Positions 1 through 12,349 of a stretch of 64,000 bases of DNA are shown in pieces. The stretch spans positions 672,001 to 736,000 of the forward strand of contig CBDBCZ010000014.1 in NCBI GenBank assembly GCA_965203295.1. The letters run 5' to 3'. Source of the DNA: Nitrospirales bacterium. GTDB lineage: Bacteria > Nitrospirota > Nitrospiria > Nitrospirales > UBA8639. The stretch's first letter is position 1, and the number at the start of each line of letters is the position of its first letter. The position numbers and the translations under genes were made by a program. The notes under the pieces are model-generated. The model worked only from the letters and a program-made list of their open reading frames with translations, did no database searches and was not told the origin of the DNA.

Positions 1-184
1 ATAGATCAAAATCCACGAGACTATGCCATGTACGCTGAGTGCTGGGAAGGTGCAAAGCTAGTGTGCGATAATATTTCCTAGGCGCTACCGTATTTCCTAG
101 TAAATTGAATCGCTCGGCGATAGTATTTCCTAGTAAATTCTGTCGCCGCGATCGAATTTCCAAGCGATCAAATTTACTGTGACA

Positions 185-3100
185 ACGGTTCCTTACTTTG
201 ATCTATGCTTTGATCCTTAGACGTTCCTTCAACGGTTGCTTATTGATGGTTCATTCCACTTTGCTTATTGAAGTTGTGTTCTGTGTGACTAATTATCTCC
301 CACCTATGTTTCATTTCAGCAATCACTAAAGGCAAACACAAGAACAGTAATGTGTACAATTAATTAGAGTTGAAAATGAAATTGGAAATTTGGTACCTCT
401 CCATTCTCCCTGGCAGCTAGAGGCTGTGATAGAAGTTTGTTTAGCCTTATAGCGATATACTCCTCTTCTAGATGCTTCTCCTTAATGTTGGCAGTCGTCT
501 ATAATCTTTCTTGTCAATATGAGGCACAGTTACTACTGTGCTTTTTAGATGGTACATTCCACGATTACATATCGAATTTGTGTTCTGTGCATGTGACTAA
601 TTTCCCCCACGTCCTATGTTTTGTCATAGATTGTAGAGTACTAACTATGGTTTCTTGCCTGCAATCTCTGAAGTAACATTTTGCCATCACAAGAAAAGTA
701 ATGTGTACAATTAAGGTAGGAAGGGCCTCACCTGGAATCCACAATTCAAATGGACGGCTTTGTTGATAACATGAAAGTCTACCTCGAATTGACAAAAATT
801 TTGCATCTAACCACACCTCCTGCTAAATAATCCACAAAAACGCAATTTCGGGTTGCTTTAAAATACGAGAAATTTTGGAATCTGCTAGAGCCCCGCCCAC
901 AGTCTGGCAACAACACCAGTACCTACAGAGGACAGGCTACAAACGTAGGGATGCTTTTTCACAGGAATGCTTCAAAGCCAGTTTTACAGCCCTGAACGCA
1001 TCCAACCACCCCAAAACCCTCATTTTCGCTATCCTGACTTTCAAAAAAAATTCGGCAACCGCCCACGCTCACCCGACGAATTCGAGCCCTGCATTACAAA
1101 CTTCAACCTACTCCCACAAAAATTAGGGATGCGATTTTTCATTCACCCCTCGGTTTCTGAGAACCACCCACCAGAGCTCTCCCTATAAATCTCCACAGAT
1201 TCACACAACTAGCTATTCGAGCTAATTTTAAAAAAAATGGGCGGGGCCTACAGACCCGAAAGGTGACTATTCTAGCCTACCTGAGATGGGCAACAACCTG
1301 CCACTATCCGTCTGTCTGGCTGACTTCTAGCCACTCGGGCAGCCTAACAAACTTTCTACAACACACTAGCTAGCTATTCTGACATAAAAAGCCTACTCAC
1401 AATTCTATGATGTCATATCTTCTTTTTAAAAAAAAAGTGTTGAAAGCCAACATCAGAGTACCGCTCAACCACATCAAAGTGCCGATATCACATATGAAAG
1501 AACCGCTATCCACATCAAAGTGACACACCCCTCCTGTTGATTCCGGTTGCCGCCATGGGAAAATGCAAACATATCAATGAATCTAATTAGCGCCACGTGA
1601 GTGACGTCATCTCATTAATTCTTCATGAGGAGAATCACGCGGATTCGAAGGTGAGGCCCTTCCTACCTTAATTAGAGTGGAGAATGAAATTGCGAAGCTG
1701 GTACCTTTCCGCTCTCTCTGGTAGCTAGAAGCTGTGCTGTTGGTATCTTTGCAATAAAGAAACAGATTTCCAATTAGTTAGGAATACCTTGCCTGACTTT
1801 GTGTGATCTCAAAGTGGGCTGTCAGCGGTACGGTTCCTTCTAAAGCAGCTTACTGCAATTGTTTACTGCATAACTTGCTTTTTTTACATTTGTCCTGTCT
1901 CCTTTCCCTAAAGAATCATTGTGTTAACATGAGGAGAGTAAAGCATGCACTTACCAGAGTAGACAATTATTTGGGAAGCAACAACTGCTCCAATTTTCTC
2001 TGCTAGGAATACACTGATCTCAAAGTTGGCTGTCAATATGAGGCACGGTTCCTTACTTTGCTCCGTAGATTATTCCTTCAAGTTCTGTGAGACTAATCAT
2101 CCCCCACCTGTTTCCTGCCTGCAATAGGCTCTAAAGTTACATTGTGCGAACACACAAAAAAGTAATGTGTGTCATTAATTAGAGTGGGTATACTGAATTG
2201 GAAGCTGATTCCTCTCCATTCTCTCCGGTAGTTAGAGGCTGTGCTGTTGATATCTTTGCAGTAAAGAGACAGATTCTCAATTAGCTTTGTGTTATCACAA
2301 AGTGGGCTGTCAGGGGTGCGGTTCCTTACATGGTTCCTTCTAGAGAAGCTTACTGAGATTGTGTTATTTACTTTTCCTCACATTTTGTTCTGTTTGTTGT
2401 TCCAGTGCCTTTTAGATGGTTCATTCCACGACTTCTTGTGGAAGTTGTGTTAGGTGTAACTAAATTAGTTATCTTCCACTTATGTTTTCTGCTTGCAAAC
2501 TTTGAAGTAACATTTTGCAAAAACAAGAAAAGTAACGTGTACAATTAATTAGAGTGGGGAATGGAATTGGGAAGCTGGTTCCTCTCCATTCTCTCTGGCA
2601 GATTCCTAATTAGCTAGGAATATCTTGCCTGACTTTGTGTGATCTCTAAGTAGACTGTCATGGGTACGGTTTTACTTACGCTGTTTTTTACACAGTTCCT
2701 TCTAGAGCAGCATATTACGATTGTGCACTGCATATATTAATTTGTTTATTCCCACATATCTGCTATCTCTAAAGAAGATTAATGTGTGCACTCTGTCAGA
2801 GTAGGCAATTAATTGGGAAGCAGTAACTTCCCCAATTCTCTCTGCTAGGAATACACTGATCTCAAAGTTGGCTGTCAATATGAGGCATAGTTACTTACAT
2901 TGCTCCTTATATATGGTTCATTCCACTTTGCTTATTGAAGTTGTGTTCTGTGTGACTAATTATCTCCCACCTATGTTTCATTTCAGCAATCACTAAAGGC
3001 AAACACAAGAAAAGTAATGTGTACAATTAATTAGAGGTGGAAATGAAATTGGGAATTTGGTTCCTCTCCATTCTCCCTGTAAACTAGAGGCTGTGATGAA

Positions 3101-3300
3101 AGTTTGTTTGGCCTTATAACGATATATATACTCCTCTTCAAGATGCTTCAGAATCCTTAATGTTGACAGACTTCTATAATCTTTCTTGTATGTTACCGCT
3201 TCCATTTTACTCTTATTTATTGATAGATACCTACAATCAATTACTGTTTCATGTGAACTCGTGAAACTACCTGGTGGGGCATAAATTGGGAACTGTCAGG
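185..3300. repeat. Degenerate modular (satellite-like) repeat array
   Basis: Recurrent shuffled modules: ATTAGAGTGGGGAATGAAATTGGGAAGCTGGTTCCTCTCCATTCTC...GCTAGAGGCTGTG, GATCTCAAAGTGGGCTGTCA...GGTTCCTTAC and GTTCTGTGTGACTAAT...AAGAAAAGTAATGTGTAC. Confidence 0.85.
715..1667. mobile_element. Non-autonomous Kolobok-like DNA transposon
   Basis: 19-bp perfect TIR GGTAGGAAGGGCCTCACCT, TTAA target-site duplication (TSD) at 711-714 and 1668-1671, GG..CC termini. Other array units show the empty site GTGTACAATTAATTAGAG. Confidence 0.85.
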
Positions 3301-3737
3301 TCTTGCTACAAATTATTTGATAATACCTATAACCTCCCTGTTCCTTGAATAGAGACTTCATTCTTCTGTAGTAGTACTTTAATTCTAGAGAGTTCAACTT
3401 TCTTGCGCAGTCAAGAGCTGCGTGAGCTGGCGCGAAAAGCATGGACGCGCACGGCGCATATCGTAGCGTGCCCGCCCCCGCATTTATTACTTCGTGGTTC
3501 CTTAGCTAGCTGTCGGTTCCTTGTCGCGTTCTCGATTCCTATAATACATGAAATGAGAGGTATGGCAGTAGACGCGAACAGGTCGAAGTCTCACTTATCA
3601 TTGCCGGGTCTTTGTTTTTGTTTGTTTTTTGTTTTCTTTTGGGGGGCGGGGAAGTGAGTTTGACTAAAGCTGCAAACAAAGGTATTATTAGTATCTCTGC
3701 TGCAAACTACAGCAACCAGAGTCAAGGTACGTAGCAC

Positions 3738-3761
3738 CATAGATAACTTCTACTATCTATG
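3738..3761. mobile_element. P-element-like micro-insertion or footprint, 24 bp
   Basis: CATAGATA...TATCTATG flanked by the 7-bp direct repeat GTAGCAC. Confidence 0.65.
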
Positions 3762-3873
3762 GTAGCACGTTAGTCTAGCTAGCTCCAACTTCTACCAACT
3801 TGGGGATCGCTTACAGTATTGCAGTAAATTATAATCCATGAACTGCCTTGAAACCAGTGGCGCATCAGGGCTA

Positions 3874-3965
3874 GCCTCGTTCCCAGGCCCGCGACTTTTT
3901 CGGTTGCACGAAGGAAAGTCACATCTTTCGTGTAACCGAAAATGGCGCGGGCCTGGGAACGAGGC
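3874..3965. mobile_element. Palindromic MITE (GCCTCGTTCCCAGG family)
   Basis: TIR GCCTCGTTCCCAGGCCCGCG with TA on both sides. Degenerate relatives near 5745, 6955, 11224, 43511, 45016 and 62048. Confidence 0.8.
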
Positions 3966-4481
3966 TACATCAGGGCCACTCCAGATCATCCGATTTTAAT
4001 TGCGTAAAATGTGTTATACAGGAGGAGCTGGGTTCTCACGTGCATGCTAAGCGGTTGTGTAGCGTCTCACGCTAGTACGGTCTTGCGTTGCTGCAGTGCA
4101 TGCGACTGCGAAGAGGTGTGGCTTTCTTGACTGACTGCACATGCTGCATATTTGGTGAGTGTAGTAGGGAAGCTTTAGGGTGTCCATAAGGAAAATTATC
4201 AGCAGCAACATCATCAGCAACTGTAAACCATTACAACTGAAACTTGTATGACTCAATAAATTATTCCACAATGGTTTATCCACCTAGAGCAAAATACCAT
4301 GGATAGCCAAAGACACTTAGTGTTAGGGGAGTACAACGGTTGATGATCATTACAAAATGATTGGTTTGTTTGCCTGATTCACTCAGGGAGAAGTGCACTC
4401 GGGCAAACAATGCCTACTGACTTTAGAGCGATCTTGCTACTTTTGCTGTCCACATGTTGGTGTAGCCTTCACCTACAGATT

Positions 4482-5200
4482 CTATAATATCATAGAGACA
4501 ATCCTAACTTTCTTTGTTTGCCAGACCTCTAGAATCCTGATTTGCCTATACTTGTAGCTGCAGCATTTAATTAGTGTACTGGAATGCTTAATCAGCCGTG
4601 AAAGATACCAAATTGGGTTATAAAAATGGTATCTGAAACACTGTGGGAAGCTGATATGGCGTATGTACATGTACCAGTTTCCACAGCAAGAGGGAAACAC
4701 CCAGCCCTGTACCATAGCTGCTCCAAACCTTCATTGGGCTTTTGCTGAACCAGGATTTGAACTCACGTCCCATATGCAGCTCTATGGCCAGTGTCTCCAG
4801 ACACTGCACTTACTGCTCCCAGCATCTGAAGGTGTTGGTGACCCTTGTATACCTTTAATACACTGCTAGCCTCTTTCCCAAGCCTGCCTGCAGAGATCTT
4901 TGTACTTTACTTACGGCCACATGTTGCACACAAATTCATAGAGTATGTCACTAAAGATGTTTGATGGAAGACTTGAATAGCATTCTGTTTATAACCTTCT
5001 GAGAGGCTTTATATTGTCACATTAAATAAAGATCTTAGCCCCACCATTTCTTCTACTGTCATTTTAGTACAGACTTGCAACAACTACATTTAATTTTTGG
5101 CACAATTTGTTTATCAAAATGAGTGCAAAGCACCTTCTTATTCACATATATGTTGTGAAATAGGTGCTTGAACTTCTTTCATAATCCATTGAAGCAGCAG
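4482..5200 (-). pseudogene. Disrupted unknown gene, head-to-head with CEP78 (mirror copy ~45600-46470 +)
   Basis: Overlapping ORF pieces ...GVSLLLWKLV and RHISFPQCFRY... join into one frame when a 10-bp CATGTACGTA scar is removed (right-arm copy, within 46260-46271). Product not recognised. Confidence 0.4.
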
Positions 5201-5368
5201 TTTACATGTACTTGCAAGACAATGCAGCTACTAATCTAAACCTACCAGAAAGAAATACATCTAGTATACGTACATGTAGCTATAGGGAGTTAACTATATT
5301 CAGAGCAGCTTGTGCATGGTACGGTATAGCTAGTTTCTCTATATCAGAAATTGCTATTCCATCCTTAG

Positions 5369-8300
5369 ATGGAGGCTGTTTGCATTCGTCAGCGAGGAGC
5401 TGAAGACTTTGTAGCTTACTATGAAAGTCTGTGTGCCCTGGAGGACACGTGTCCTATAGCCAGTAACCGCAGTGGAGCCAAGGAAGGAGTGCTGAGTTGT
5501 CGGGTCTTCAAGGCTAAGAGAAACGACTGGCACCCACTTCTGACTGCTTTACAGATCAACAAGGCACTGCATACTGTTGTCTTCATAGACAAATGGGAGG
5601 AAAGACTTTACCCAACTGTGAGAAGCCTTGGTATGTAATTAGACCCTTTGTCTATGGTACTGTAAATAGTGGTCAGTACACCAATACATGTAGTTAGACA
5701 GTACCTCCATTAATCCAGTGACTTTTTACAAGTATATTATGCTAGCCTTCATGCAACCAAATGAAGTGAGGGCCTGGGAGCGAGGATAGATGTACATTTG
5801 CACAGGGCAGCTTTGTGTACAGCATAAGCAGAAAGCTTCCAGTTGATTGACTGCTGTGTAGGTATGTTTATAATAGATACTTTTTATCACACCATAGATA
5901 GTAGAGTAGAAGGATAGGAAGTCCTTCTACTCTACTATCTATGATCACACTAATTAAGCTTGTGCTTTGCAGTATATACATCACTGCATATACTGATATA
6001 TAACGGAATGACTTCATGATAGATCTATTCAAGGGGGATTGGCAGACAGGTATCCAGAGTGGCTTTTAAAAGATTGGAAGTCACATTTTAGTTGCTCTTC
6101 CTGTGTATGGTACCATGCCTTACAAAACAAGGACTAAAGCTGTCACTGAATTGAACTGGAGAGAAGCCTAAGAAGCCTATTTTTCTTGCTGTAATGAAGG
6201 AAGGAACTTCTTGCGTGTAGCTACGTAGTAATGAGATTGTATATACGTATATGTACTGATATACATCTCAGATACATTACTACGGTGGTAATAGGTCTAT
6301 CCGGGTAAGAGGCTACATTTATTTACTACACCTTTACTATTTCTGCAGCAACATTGCCTGCACAGACAAAGTGAAGCCTCCGATCATAAAAGCTCAAACT
6401 GGAAAAGATACCAGGTCTGCACAGAGCTACACTAAATCTCAACGTTGACATTGGTGATAAAGGTGCACAGGAGTTTGCGGAAGCACTCAGAGATGATGTG
6501 TGCCTCAGAGGTATGTACGTACATGTGGGTTAGCTTCTTCCAACCTTCTCTATGGTTTCATCTGGATGTGGGGAGTCGTAGAATAATTATCATCTATTTA
6601 ATGTGGCAGTCCAAATAAAGAAGTCAAGCTCTTTGGGAAGCAGTGAGGTGGAAAAAAACATTTACGTACAGTGTGCACATTCATACATTGTAGATCCAAT
6701 CATATCTTATACAGTCACTTGTGTAATTTACGTACAGGATTGTAAATTCAATACAGTTATGCCTGTAATGATGGTACAATTACTTCTGTAACTCCCAGCC
6801 ATAGATCCAGTCCTGTGGTGTCACTACTGATGGGGCAGTCAGTCTTCTGGAAGTACTGAAAGTGAACACATGTCTCATAGTGCTTGACCTGAGAGCACCC
6901 CCCTTGATTGGTATGTAGAGGTGTGTGTGTGTGTGCTATATGTAGCTAGCTATAGCCTCATTCTCGTCTCCACTCCCCAGCTTTTTGCACATACGTAGTA
7001 TGTAGTGTGTTGTACTACGTATATGCAAAGTAAGTTGAGACTAAGAGCAAGGCTTACGTAGCTGAATATCGTGAATTATTTACAGAAATGCAAACATTTT
7101 GATAACTTAGCTGTTTTCCACAGTGATGAATGTAATAAGCCATACATAATGTTCGTATTGTACCGGTTCCCAAAATGAATTGTACATTGTACAAAGTTTA
7201 TACTGATGTTCTTGTCTCTTTCACAAAGGAGCAGCAGCTTTCCCATATTCTACTATGATATTGCACCTGAGCGTGCAAGGCCACAGTTTTAAACTAGAAC
7301 CATGCAGGCCATTACACTATCTCGGTGTCTGAAACTGCAGCTTTAACTACTTTCTGGGGATTTTACTGCTGTGTTTAGTATCAATGTATTTTCAAAGCAG
7401 CTTTTAGTCTGCCTTTATTTCTGCTCAGATGATGATGTGGTAGACTCCATCTGTGAGCAACTGTCTGTTAATGTTGCAAGTGTGAGAGATAAAGATGAGG
7501 TTTGCAGTACATATACAACATATCGTTCTAGTGGCATGCTCATTGTAGTGCCATACACTTGTGTTAAATGGTACCTCTTGCAATAGCATGGATGTTGTCT
7601 TCATGAAAGAATTGAAACAAGTGCTGAGAAGACCAACAACCTACAGCAAATGAAGCGTAAATCACATTGCACCACTTCCAATTCCTGTGAGGAAATTCCA
7701 ATTAGCATGTTTGGAAAACGATTTTTAAATTTTCTTTAAATAGTTTATGTTAATGTTATAGTGCAATAAGTGCAGAATGTATTGCAACAATACAATGAAA
7801 CAAAATTGATAAAACAATACATAGTAACAATTCAATTGTCAAGTTCAGCTTGACAATTTAACTTAACGCTTTGATAATTTAACTTAACGCTTCATCAAAT
7901 CTTTCACTGACTGCGGCAGCCGAACCAGCTTACCATCCTTCATGTTCAATTAGGAACATAACTACAGCATCTACTCTTGGGATATCTTCGGTCCGATTGA
8001 CCTTTCTCCTCTGCAATATTTTGTGCAAGTGAAACGAATAGCTTTAGGTGATCTGGCTAGCTCTATCAAAGGCCATTCTTACACCCCTGCTACACATTTA
8101 TGTTCACATTATGTTTAATTTAAAAGCTCATCTACAGTAACTATTGATTGGATTTACATACATAATACATTATAGTACTCCACTGCAAGTATAGAACAGT
8201 TATCTAGTAAGTGCCTGGACTATTTCTTTTTCTCGCAGAGCTATGTGTGGCTTGAAGTTGAAGCCGAGCGCATTTTGCAAGTAGTGCAGGGTAGCAGATC

Positions 8301-8392
8301 AGCTCCTGGACTAAAGAAGCACAGAAGCCACACAGTGACTCCTCTTGGAGTGAGATATTCTCCACGCAAAAGAAGTGCTAAAAGTTGCAAAA
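5369..8392 (+). pseudogene. CEP78: CEP78 (centrosomal LRR protein) pseudogene, left copy
   Basis: Exon 5369-5630 (IRQRGAEDFVAYYESLCALEDTCP...DWHPLLTALQINKAL) matches the CEP78 N-terminus. Exons 6349-6510 (GLHRATLNLNVDIGDKGAQEFAEALRDDVCLR) and 6799-6910 (QSCGVTTDGAVSLLEVLKVNTCLIVLDLR) match its LRRs. Has a ~2 kb deletion at ~6036 and a 2-bp deletion near 6806 relative to the right copy. Confidence 0.85.
5893..5943. mobile_element. P-element-like micro-insertion, 51-bp hairpin
   Basis: CATAGATAGTAGAGTAGAAGGA...TCCTTCTACTCTACTATCTATG with 7-bp TSD ATCACAC. The right arm (~44567-44573) has a single ATCACAC. Confidence 0.85.
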
Positions 8393-9128
8393 GGTATGCA
8401 CATACATACGTATATGCATGTCTAAGGTAAAATGGGTGTGTATACATAACATCCACACTTGCATATTGCTGTACCACAATTGTTAAAAGTAAGATCTGCT
8501 AAACTCCCAAGTCTCTGCTAAGTCATAATTCCATTGATTTGAACACAAGTGTTCTCAGACACCACAATATTATTTGCTGTTGTACTCACAACTGGGCAGC
8601 TCATAAGCAGTTATCACTTACAAATTACACTCGGGTTTTGTATAGAGGGCAGTACACTAGGATCTCCACCCCCAAGAATTTAGTAAAAAATTCCATTGAT
8701 TTGAACACAAGTGTTTGGTAGTGGACTAGCAGCCAAAGTCCAATACGCTTCTAGGCATCTATTTTTTCAAACATTTTTAGACCCCCCCCCCCCCCCCCTG
8801 CCCATAGAAGACCATACATGTACTGTACATGCTGCGTATTTCGCGTGTGTCTGTTCACTATTTGTCTCCCCCCTCCAGCAAAGAATCCTGTATGAAACCC
8901 TGCACACTAAGTAGCATGTCCTTGCAACTTGTTGAGCTGTACACCTGTATCTGTGCTAAGCAAAGCATCTTCCACTTGTGCATGTCTAGCTCTCAGGCCC
9001 CTGTTATGGTAGCACTTACTAGTAGGCCCCAACTGTAGTTACTGTCTCAAGTTGTTACTTTAGTCTGCTAAATGACAGAAGTTCTTTGTAGTTCTTGACC
9101 CGTTCTGTCATACCTTTCTTTCCTTCAG

Positions 9129-12004
9129 AGAACAAGTGGGTGCAGCAGCAGATTCCAGCGTGCCGTCCTCTCTTCACAGCCCGTCATGTGTCTTTTGTCT
9201 TCTTCATTGTTGGGGTGATCTTCCTTGCTCTCGGAGTTACCTTTCTCGTTGTTGCAATGAGGGTAAGTGACCTAACATAACAGTGATGTTTATTTGCATG
9301 TACATGTAGATTCAAGTAAGAGCCCTCTGAATTATACCAGTCAAGTCTTAACCATTAACCACGAGCTACATGTTACTTAGACCATGGTTTATCCTAAGCA
9401 TTATCACGTAATTCCAAGGGTGAAACCCGAGGGATTGTGTGTGTATTTACTTTACAGCCCGCCAGTAGACATGGTCTAACCAGCTTGTATCTTGGGCACT
9501 GGCCTAACCAACTCTGGTAGTTTAGCCTCGTTCTCTGTACCATCCCTGAGACTAGCACTATCAATATTAGTGTTGATGAAGCGTCAAATCGCCTACTCTA
9601 TAGTAGGTGATTTACAGTCTGCACTATCGGTGGAGTTTGTACAGTCTATAGTAGGTACTGTTGAGGCCAGAAAATATGGAGTGGCGATGTGTACATATTT
9701 TGGAGAGCTATAAAAATTTTATATAATAGAGATTCAATTAAGATCACACATGGAAACAAGGTGTCCTCTATAGGGAATACCCGTTGAGCACTGTAGCTTT
9801 AAGCTAACAGTACACTTGGCCATACATATATCACCCTGTTGGCATGTACATGTACATGTGTATGTGGCGTTACTTTATAGTAAGACTCAAGCCAATTTCT
9901 ACTGATAATATTAGTATTCCACTGCTGTTGTTGCATATTGCTTTTGTATACTGTTTTTTTTTTATCCCATCTATACTCAGATATGTGAGGTGGAAATTCC
10001 CTATACTAAATTGTGAACCAGTTCCCAGTGATGTCCCTTTCATACGTAACTTCCAGACGTGTTCCGAGTACCTGGCCAATATAAGTGCTCTAAGTAACAT
10101 TGAGAGGCGTGATTTTGAAGACTGCCACTGCCGGGTGAATTTCACTGTCCCGGAGGAGCTGCGCTCTCCATGGTACATGTACTATGGTCTTGGCAACTAC
10201 TTCCAGAACCACCGTCGCTACGTCAACTCCTGGGATGTGAAACAGCTGCGAGGAAATCGAGGGAGCTTCTTGAACCCCTCCGGTGACTGTAACCCCATAC
10301 GGAATGTTGAGAACACTAATGGCACACGTATGCCTGTTGTACCTTGTGGACTCATTGCAAACAGCTTGTTCAATGGTGAGCATACTTTAACAAGTTTGCT
10401 TACTTAGGGTCAGGATTAATTAGTAGATTGTTTGTTGTGAGTGGAGTGGAATTTCCACTAGAAACAATGCATGGACTCTCTGAGTCTACTAGCAAATATT
10501 GTGGGAGCGAACCTTCCAAAGAAATTTCTAACGCCAAATGCAGATTTTGGTTTTGATGGATTACTAGATATCTACATGTACGTATATGACTTTTGCTTCA
10601 CCATACTGCATCTTCAGTGATGGCCCATCTCACTTTTAAAATGTTAATACAATGCTTTTCTAGATCTGGCAAAATGCGAACAGTCACAATGTTTTGTGCA
10701 CTCCAATGTAGTGATTAGAGTGGATCGTGCGTGCATAGTAAAATTCCTGAACACACCTGTGTGTAGTTTGTCCTTGTTCATGTAGACGTCTGAGTTTAAG
10801 TATGTGGGCTGTGTAAATTATTATTGTGTTTGTCTCTCCTTCTAGACTCATTTGATATGTTCATGAATCGTGATACGGGTGAGAACATGACCTGCTGTAA
10901 TAGAACCAACTTTGCCTGGGATACTGACCGTAGTGTTCGCTTCCAAAACCCAAACGGCGCCCCTGAGGTCAGCCCTGAGGATCTTGTTGACACCACCATG
11001 CCCCCCAACTGGCCGTATGATCTTTCAGAAATTCCTGGGGGACTGGAGAGCGAGAGCTTTATTGTTTGGTTTCGTGTGTCAGCATTTCCAAAATTCCGCA
11101 AACTGTATGGCCGACTGCAAGAGAGTGGTTCCAGTGATATTAATCTCCCTGCAGGAAACGACTCCATCTTTCTCACTTACAGTATCCTTCATATTAATGC
11201 AATAGTCGTATACATTGTACGTGGCCTCGTTCCTAAGCTCCCCACATTTCATACTGCAAGTGACTAAAACTGGGTTGAGGCATGGGGAGGAGGCTAGCGT
11301 GTATGACTGTGGTCCTAGTTGGAAAGTGAACGTATTCAGTTGCATATTTTGATCATGTCACTATACATTAGTGCAGAACACGGTGACTGTTATGGGTAGG
11401 GCTCAAATGTTATGTGTCGTTGCATCAGTAGTTGTTCCATGTACACTGTGCATCTGAGCCCCACCCATTAACAGAAAATAAGCAATATAAGACATTGAAT
11501 GCAGTGACAATCTTGGTAGAATAATGTTCATGGGACTGCCACATATTAGTCTAACTTGAAGCATGATGTCATCGCTAAAACAGCTTACTAAAGTTCTTGT
11601 ACATAATGAAGTGGACAAGATATTTAAGTGACTCCTTGCTTGATAGCCATTTGCTGGTGATGTATATGTTGGCTCCTCTCTGTGTGGTAGCTATGTAGCA
11701 TGCATCTAGCTAGTATAAATCACTTAGCCAGTTCAAACTGAGATTCTTAAGGTGCATATGCAGGTATGTGTATATCTCTGAAAGTTGTTTGCACAGTGTA
11801 AGTTAAAGTTATCAGCCAGTTTCCTTAACCTACAGCAGACTACCCTGTTCGTGAATATAAAGGGACCAAATCTCTCTTCCTTGCTGAGATCTCCTGGCTA
11901 GGTGGACGGAACCTGTTCTTGGGCATTGCGTACATTGTGACAGCAACTCCGTCGATAATTGCAGGCTTGGTGCTGCTGCTAATACACTTCGCCTGTTCAC
12001 ACTG
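9129..12004 (+). pseudogene. TMEM30A: CDC50/TMEM30 (P4-ATPase flippase beta subunit) pseudogene, left copy
   Basis: Exons 9129-9262 (QQQIPACRP plus TM1), 9981-10375 (YYGLGNYFQNHRRYV, PCGLIANSLFN), 10846-11181 (ESFIVWFRVSAFPKFRKLYG) and 11839-12004 (YPV..YKGTK, SWLGGRNLFLGIAY plus TM2). A +1 frameshift at ~10008 lies between ICEVEIPYT and NCEP. Confidence 0.9.
11182..11838 (+). other. U12-type (minor spliceosome) GT-AG intron
   Basis: 5' splice site GTATCCTT, branch site TTCCTTAAC at 11821-11829 just upstream of CAG, no polypyrimidine tract. Splicing yields the conserved YNYPV motif. Confidence 0.9.
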
Positions 12005-12349
12005 GTATGTAGATGTAGTTTCTACTGCCATTGGTTTATGTAGCTTTGTCCCCAGGCTCTCTCGCAGCAAAAGTTGGGCAGAGGCCTTGTAGGTTTAATG
12101 TGTGGGTATTTAATGGACTGAATGAGGGCCACTCCCATAGTCTCTGTAAGTGTGTATATAGTTACCATTGCAGTCATGATCTTGACCAGCTAGTGATTGC
12201 ACTGATTTGTCCATTTGCACAAGGCCTCTCCTGTTGTGCTATTGATTGTCAACTGGCACTTTTGTAAGCTTATTCCAAGCCCTCTGCTTATTTGGGTACA
12301 TGAAGATAAAGACTTTCCTGTTAATGTCCAATGGTGTGGACCTGGTAAT

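Noticed and set aside
185..3300. Modular array as a CRISPR-like repeat-spacer locus
   Set aside because: The intervening sequences are themselves repeated modules, not unique spacers.
9844..10407. 187-aa ORF as an intact protein
   Set aside because: The N-terminal part is intron read-through; the true exon starts at 9981 in another frame.
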